Made by a program: the position numbers and the translations under genes. A stretch of DNA of 64,000 nucleotides from a virus. Under the pieces are notes generated by a model. The model was not told where the DNA came from. It made no database searches and worked only from the letters and a program-made list of their open reading frames with translations. This document shows, one piece after another, positions 60,569 through 64,000 of this stretch; position 1 is the stretch's first letter; each line of letters starts with the position of its first letter. Where the stretch lies: the IMG/VR virus record IMGVR_UViG_3300027708_000057, positions 10,354-74,353 of that record. One strand, 5' to 3'.

Positions 60569-60976
60569 TTACTTCTTCCAATTATCTATAACTGATTTAA
60601 AATAGTCATCAGATTCCTCCAAAGAATCATTGGATTGTTTATTATCTAGTTCTAATCCTTCAATCATTAATTCCAATTGATTATAAATTAGTTGATCACA
60701 ATAGACCTTCTTGAGTCTTATATCAGCTATAGTTTCAGATTCAATCGCAGTTGAACTTAATTTAATACATGAACTATTTTCTATTACTGGAGGAACCAAG
60801 GTAATTATACTTTTCTTACTCTCTTGATCATAAGATTTAATAAATTGTAAAGGTGAATGTAAAATAATCCTTTTATTTTCGTCAAACTCTACTTCTCCTA
60901 TTAATTGTCTGCCAGATATAGTTGTAAACACTCTAACATCAAGTTTATTAACATATTCTAAAAGTTCTTTACTCAT
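60569..60976 (-). CDS. conserved hypothetical (Sm-like fold?) between uvsW and gp55
   Basis: FTTISGRQLIGEV...LHSPL. Conserved position. Confidence 0.55.
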   Translation of the reverse strand: MSKELLEYVNKLDVRVFTTISGRQLIGEVEFDENKRIILHSPLQFIKSYDQESKKSIITLVPPVIENSSCIKLSSTAIESETIADIRLKKVYCDQLIYNQLELMIEGLELDNKQSNDSLEESDDYFKSVIDNWKK

Positions 60977-62874
60977 TATGGTAGATCTATTTCAAAAATT
61001 TTATAATCAAATTGTTCTCTATTGTATATATCAATTCTTTCTTTGGCATGTTTCATAGTGAAGTTTTTCTTTGATTTCCATGAGAAGTTATCGGATATAT
61101 CATAAAGAGTTGTTGATTTACCGTTATCGGATTTTCTAAGACCTCTTCCAATTGATTGAAGAACCCTTACTTGAGATTTAGTAGGAGCTGCAAAAATAAT
61201 AGTATGAATATTTTTTAAATTCGTTCCCGTTGCAAAAACCACAGATGCCAATATGATACAATTACTTTCTTTATCAGCAATAGCTCTAATTTCTTCTCTT
61301 GTCTTTGCATTGACTTCTCCGGATACATAAAAGATTTTTCTATCGGGATAATTTATTGAAGCTATATCACATACCTTTTTATATAGAGGTTTCCCGTGAT
61401 CTTCAATCCGATTGAATAAAACTAATGTATTACCCTTTTGATCTATGGCTAACTTAGTGATAAAATCATTTCTTCCAACATGACTTATAATAGCATTGAT
61501 TTCATCTTGATATTCCATTTTTGATACAATCTTTTTAAGTTCATTATTATGATTGAGAACAAGACATCTAATTTTCAATTGAGCAATTGTATCAGAATCC
61601 ATTAACTCTTTTGTTGTAATAACTCTATTGACTGGACCAAAGTTACCAACAAGAACTAGTTCATTACATTTAGCTCCATCAAGAGTACCTGTTGTGCCAA
61701 TTCTATATTGAGCGTTGGTTAGATTATTCATGATAGTATTAAGACTTTTTGCGACTGCGAGATGTACCTCATCACAAATTGCCATACCAAATTTCAAGAA
61801 TTGATTTCGGGGTTGTGTATGGATGGATTGCCACGTTGAAATTAAAATTCTTTGTGAAACATCTAATTTCTCTTGACCTGAATAAATCAAATGAATTTCA
61901 GATTCAACATCAAAATTGTCATCACTTGAACTATAATCTTCAAAGTCTAACTTCATTTGATGACAAAGTGAAACTGATGGCACAATAATTAGTATTTTTT
62001 CATTACAATTATCTAGATACCATCGAATCAAAGTATAGATAATTAGACTTTTACCAGAATTATGATGAAGTATTCCATTTTGATAATAGCATTCTTTATC
62101 ATAATCTAAACTAAAATCATACCAATCTTGAGGAGGTACTGGAATAATTTTAGATATTCTTGAATTTTTATGATCTAAAATATCGTGTACTTTTAAAGAT
62201 TCTAGTGTAACAAATTTACCTTCTTTTTGAACCTGATGATAATCTGATCCTATAGTTTCAGTACCATCGCTAAACTCAATCTTTCTTCCCGGACCATATT
62301 TTTTGTATGCTCCTATAACAGATTTCCATCCATCTGGAGTCGGAAATTTTATAATAATTCCATTGTTATATTCATTATACAATTCCTTAAACTTATAATA
62401 ATAAGGAGATTTATTGATTTCTGCAATGATTTCTGTATTACCATCAAGACAAGCCGTAGGACTTAAAGTTAAACTTCGACCTTCTTGAATCGCATGAATG
62501 AATGCATCTAATTGGTAATCACGCATTTCCACAGGTTCTCCTCGGACTGTAAGTTTTAAAGACTTAATGTAATCTATAAGAGATTGTCTAGTTATGACAG
62601 GTTTATTACTAACTTCTTTATCAATATCAAATGTATAATTTCTAACTTCACAAAACTTAATAAGTTCGAAAAGTAGTCCATACGGAAGTAATCTTGTTTG
62701 AGCTGAAAAGATAGAAATTTTTCCTGACCATAATTTAGCTTTAAACTTTGGATGAAATCTAGCTCCCGGTACTTCAAATGTAAAGTATTCATTAATTTCC
62801 TGAATAATGCTAGAATCATCTGAGTTAATTCTCAAATGAACTTCATTAACTTTTGTAATTTGAATATCTTTCAT
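60976..62874 (-). CDS. uvsW: SF2 helicase UvsW with mini-intein
   Basis: RDYQ, SPTA|intein|SGKS, DEVH, TTGT and QSIGRGLR. Confidence 0.96.
   Translation of the reverse strand: MKDIQITKVNEVHLRINSDDSSIIQEINEYFTFEVPGARFHPKFKAKLWSGKISIFSAQTRLLPYGLLFELIKFCEVRNYTFDIDKEVSNKPVITRQSLIDYIKSLKLTVRGEPVEMRDYQLDAFIHAIQEGRSLTLSPTACLDGNTEIIAEINKSPYYYKFKELYNEYNNGIIIKFPTPDGWKSVIGAYKKYGPGRKIEFSDGTETIGSDYHQVQKEGKFVTLESLKVHDILDHKNSRISKIIPVPPQDWYDFSLDYDKECYYQNGILHHNSGKSLIIYTLIRWYLDNCNEKILIIVPSVSLCHQMKLDFEDYSSSDDNFDVESEIHLIYSGQEKLDVSQRILISTWQSIHTQPRNQFLKFGMAICDEVHLAVAKSLNTIMNNLTNAQYRIGTTGTLDGAKCNELVLVGNFGPVNRVITTKELMDSDTIAQLKIRCLVLNHNNELKKIVSKMEYQDEINAIISHVGRNDFITKLAIDQKGNTLVLFNRIEDHGKPLYKKVCDIASINYPDRKIFYVSGEVNAKTREEIRAIADKESNCIILASVVFATGTNLKNIHTIIFAAPTKSQVRVLQSIGRGLRKSDNGKSTTLYDISDNFSWKSKKNFTMKHAKERIDIYNREQFDYKIFEIDLP
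62059..62451 (-). mobile_element. 131-aa mini-intein in UvsW Walker A
   Basis: CLDGNTEI...GSDYH...WYDFSL...YYQNGILHHN|S. Confidence 0.93.
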
Positions 62875-62877
62875 ATA

Positions 62878-63324
62878 TTAACATCCAGCCATAAATTTCT
62901 GTGCATCAAGAATAGTTTTAATTGTGGAATGTCTCCATTTAATAGTATCCATAATTTCTTTAAGAGCTTCCACAACAGTAGTTTGATAATCCATTTGAAT
63001 TTTCAATTTTGAAATATCTGGATCAGTAGAATAAAACATATCCATATCAGATTTCAAGGGTTTTACAAGTCCGTTAAATGGATCATATGGCCAACCAAAC
63101 TTATCCATTTCCTCTTTAGATAGTTTACCATTATAATATAACCATTTATCTTTTTTAAGAACTGCCATAGTCCAATCTAACTTTTTTAATTGAAGCTTTG
63201 CTACTGAATATAGTTCAAGATACTTTGCATGAAGCAAAGCCGATTTAATTGCAGTAGTATCAAGATTCTTAGGATCTATCTTGGAGTCATCTGCCCAAAT
63301 TGTGATAATTTCATTCAATGTCAT
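62878..63324 (-). CDS. uvsY: recombination mediator UvsY
   Basis: W..DSKID, LHAKYL, KWLYYNGK, K.R...IK and KFMAG. Upstream of uvsW. Confidence 0.93.
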   Translation of the reverse strand: MTLNEIITIWADDSKIDPKNLDTTAIKSALLHAKYLELYSVAKLQLKKLDWTMAVLKKDKWLYYNGKLSKEEMDKFGWPYDPFNGLVKPLKSDMDMFYSTDPDISKLKIQMDYQTTVVEALKEIMDTIKWRHSTIKTILDAQKFMAGC

Positions 63325-63346
63325 ATATTATATATGGATCATAAGA

Positions 63347-64000
63347 TTATTGTTTTGTCAACCATGCTTTATAGTCTAATTTGACTAGATTATTAAAACA
63401 ATAAAAATATCCACCAACTTTTTGCGGAGCTCCTTCTAAAGATGTAAGGTTATTATCATCACAATAAAAATCTCTACCAACTTTTTGCGGAGATCCTTCT
63501 AAAGATGTAAGGTTATTATTATCACAATTAAAATTTCCACCAACTTCTTTAGGAGCTCCTTCTAAAGATGTAAGTTTATTACTAGAACAATAAAAATTTC
63601 CACCAACTTTTTGCGGAGCTCCTTCTAAAGATGTAAGGTTATTATCATCACAATAAAAATATCCACCAACTTCTTTAGGAGCTCCTTCTAAAGATGTAAG
63701 GTTATTATCATCACAATTAAAATTTCCACCAACTTCTTTAGGAGCTCCTTCTAAAGATGTAAGGTTATTATCATCACAATTAAAATTTCCACCAACTTTT
63801 TGCGGAGCTCCTTCTAAAGATGTAAGTTTATTACTAGAACAATTAAAATTTCCACCAACTTCTTTAGGAGCTCCTTCTAAAGATGTAAGTTTATTACTAG
63901 AACAATTAAAATATCCACTAACTACAATATCAGATAGATTTGGTAATATATATTTAGATTTAATTCTTATATCTCCTTTATATATCCCATTAACTAGTTC
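63347..64000 (-). CDS. second LRR-array protein, 3' part (runs off the window; absent from the ORF track)
   Basis: Open frame ELVNGIYKGDIRIKSKYILPNLSDIVVS + 8 x 21-aa repeats + NNLVKLDYKAWLTKQ-stop. Flanks identical to ORF 6798-8651. Confidence 0.93.
   Translation of the reverse strand, partial: ELVNGIYKGDIRIKSKYILPNLSDIVVSGYFNCSSNKLTSLEGAPKEVGGNFNCSSNKLTSLEGAPQKVGGNFNCDDNNLTSLEGAPKEVGGNFNCDDNNLTSLEGAPKEVGGYFYCDDNNLTSLEGAPQKVGGNFYCSSNKLTSLEGAPKEVGGNFNCDNNNLTSLEGSPQKVGRDFYCDDNNLTSLEGAPQKVGGYFYCFNNLVKLDYKAWLTKQ

Noticed and set aside
63347-63916. Diversity-generating retroelement TR/VR pair (many variable codons are NNT)
   Set aside because: No reverse transcriptase in the window, neither copy holds A at all variable sites, and variants move as linked blocks. 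Not excluded genome-wide.
1-64000. tRNA or rRNA genes
   Set aside because: No T-loop or cloverleaf pattern was noticed by eye. A tRNAscan run would be needed to exclude them.

Overview
AT-rich segment of a large T4-like myovirus genome. The + strand (1-9.1 kb) carries the head module: the portal gp20 3' end with an intein, three gp67-like paralogs, gp21, gp22, gp23, an LRR-repeat protein and gp3. The - strand (9.2-64 kb) carries the replication, recombination and late-transcription module (uvsY, uvsW, gp55, gp47, gp46, CobT/CobS-like pair, gp45, dsbA, gp44, gp62, regA, hsp20, gp43, gp42, uvsX, gp40, gp41) and a ~21 kb accessory region. Highlights: (1) an ATPase gene broken at its Walker A motif by an atypically split intein with a 13-residue N-fragment, each half under its own late promoter; (2) a DNA polymerase split into gp43A/gp43B around a decayed HNH endonuclease, with a 245-nt group I intron in motif B of gp43B that the ORF track misses; (3) mini-inteins in the portal and UvsW; (4) two inverted, near-identical LRR modules 55 kb apart with reshuffled 63-bp units; (5) a dCMP-hydroxymethylase operon with atypical partner genes, suggesting an unusual cytosine hypermodification; (6) dead tnpB and GIY-YIG elements. 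No tRNA, rRNA or CRISPR array was seen. All family assignments come from motif recognition by eye, not database searches.
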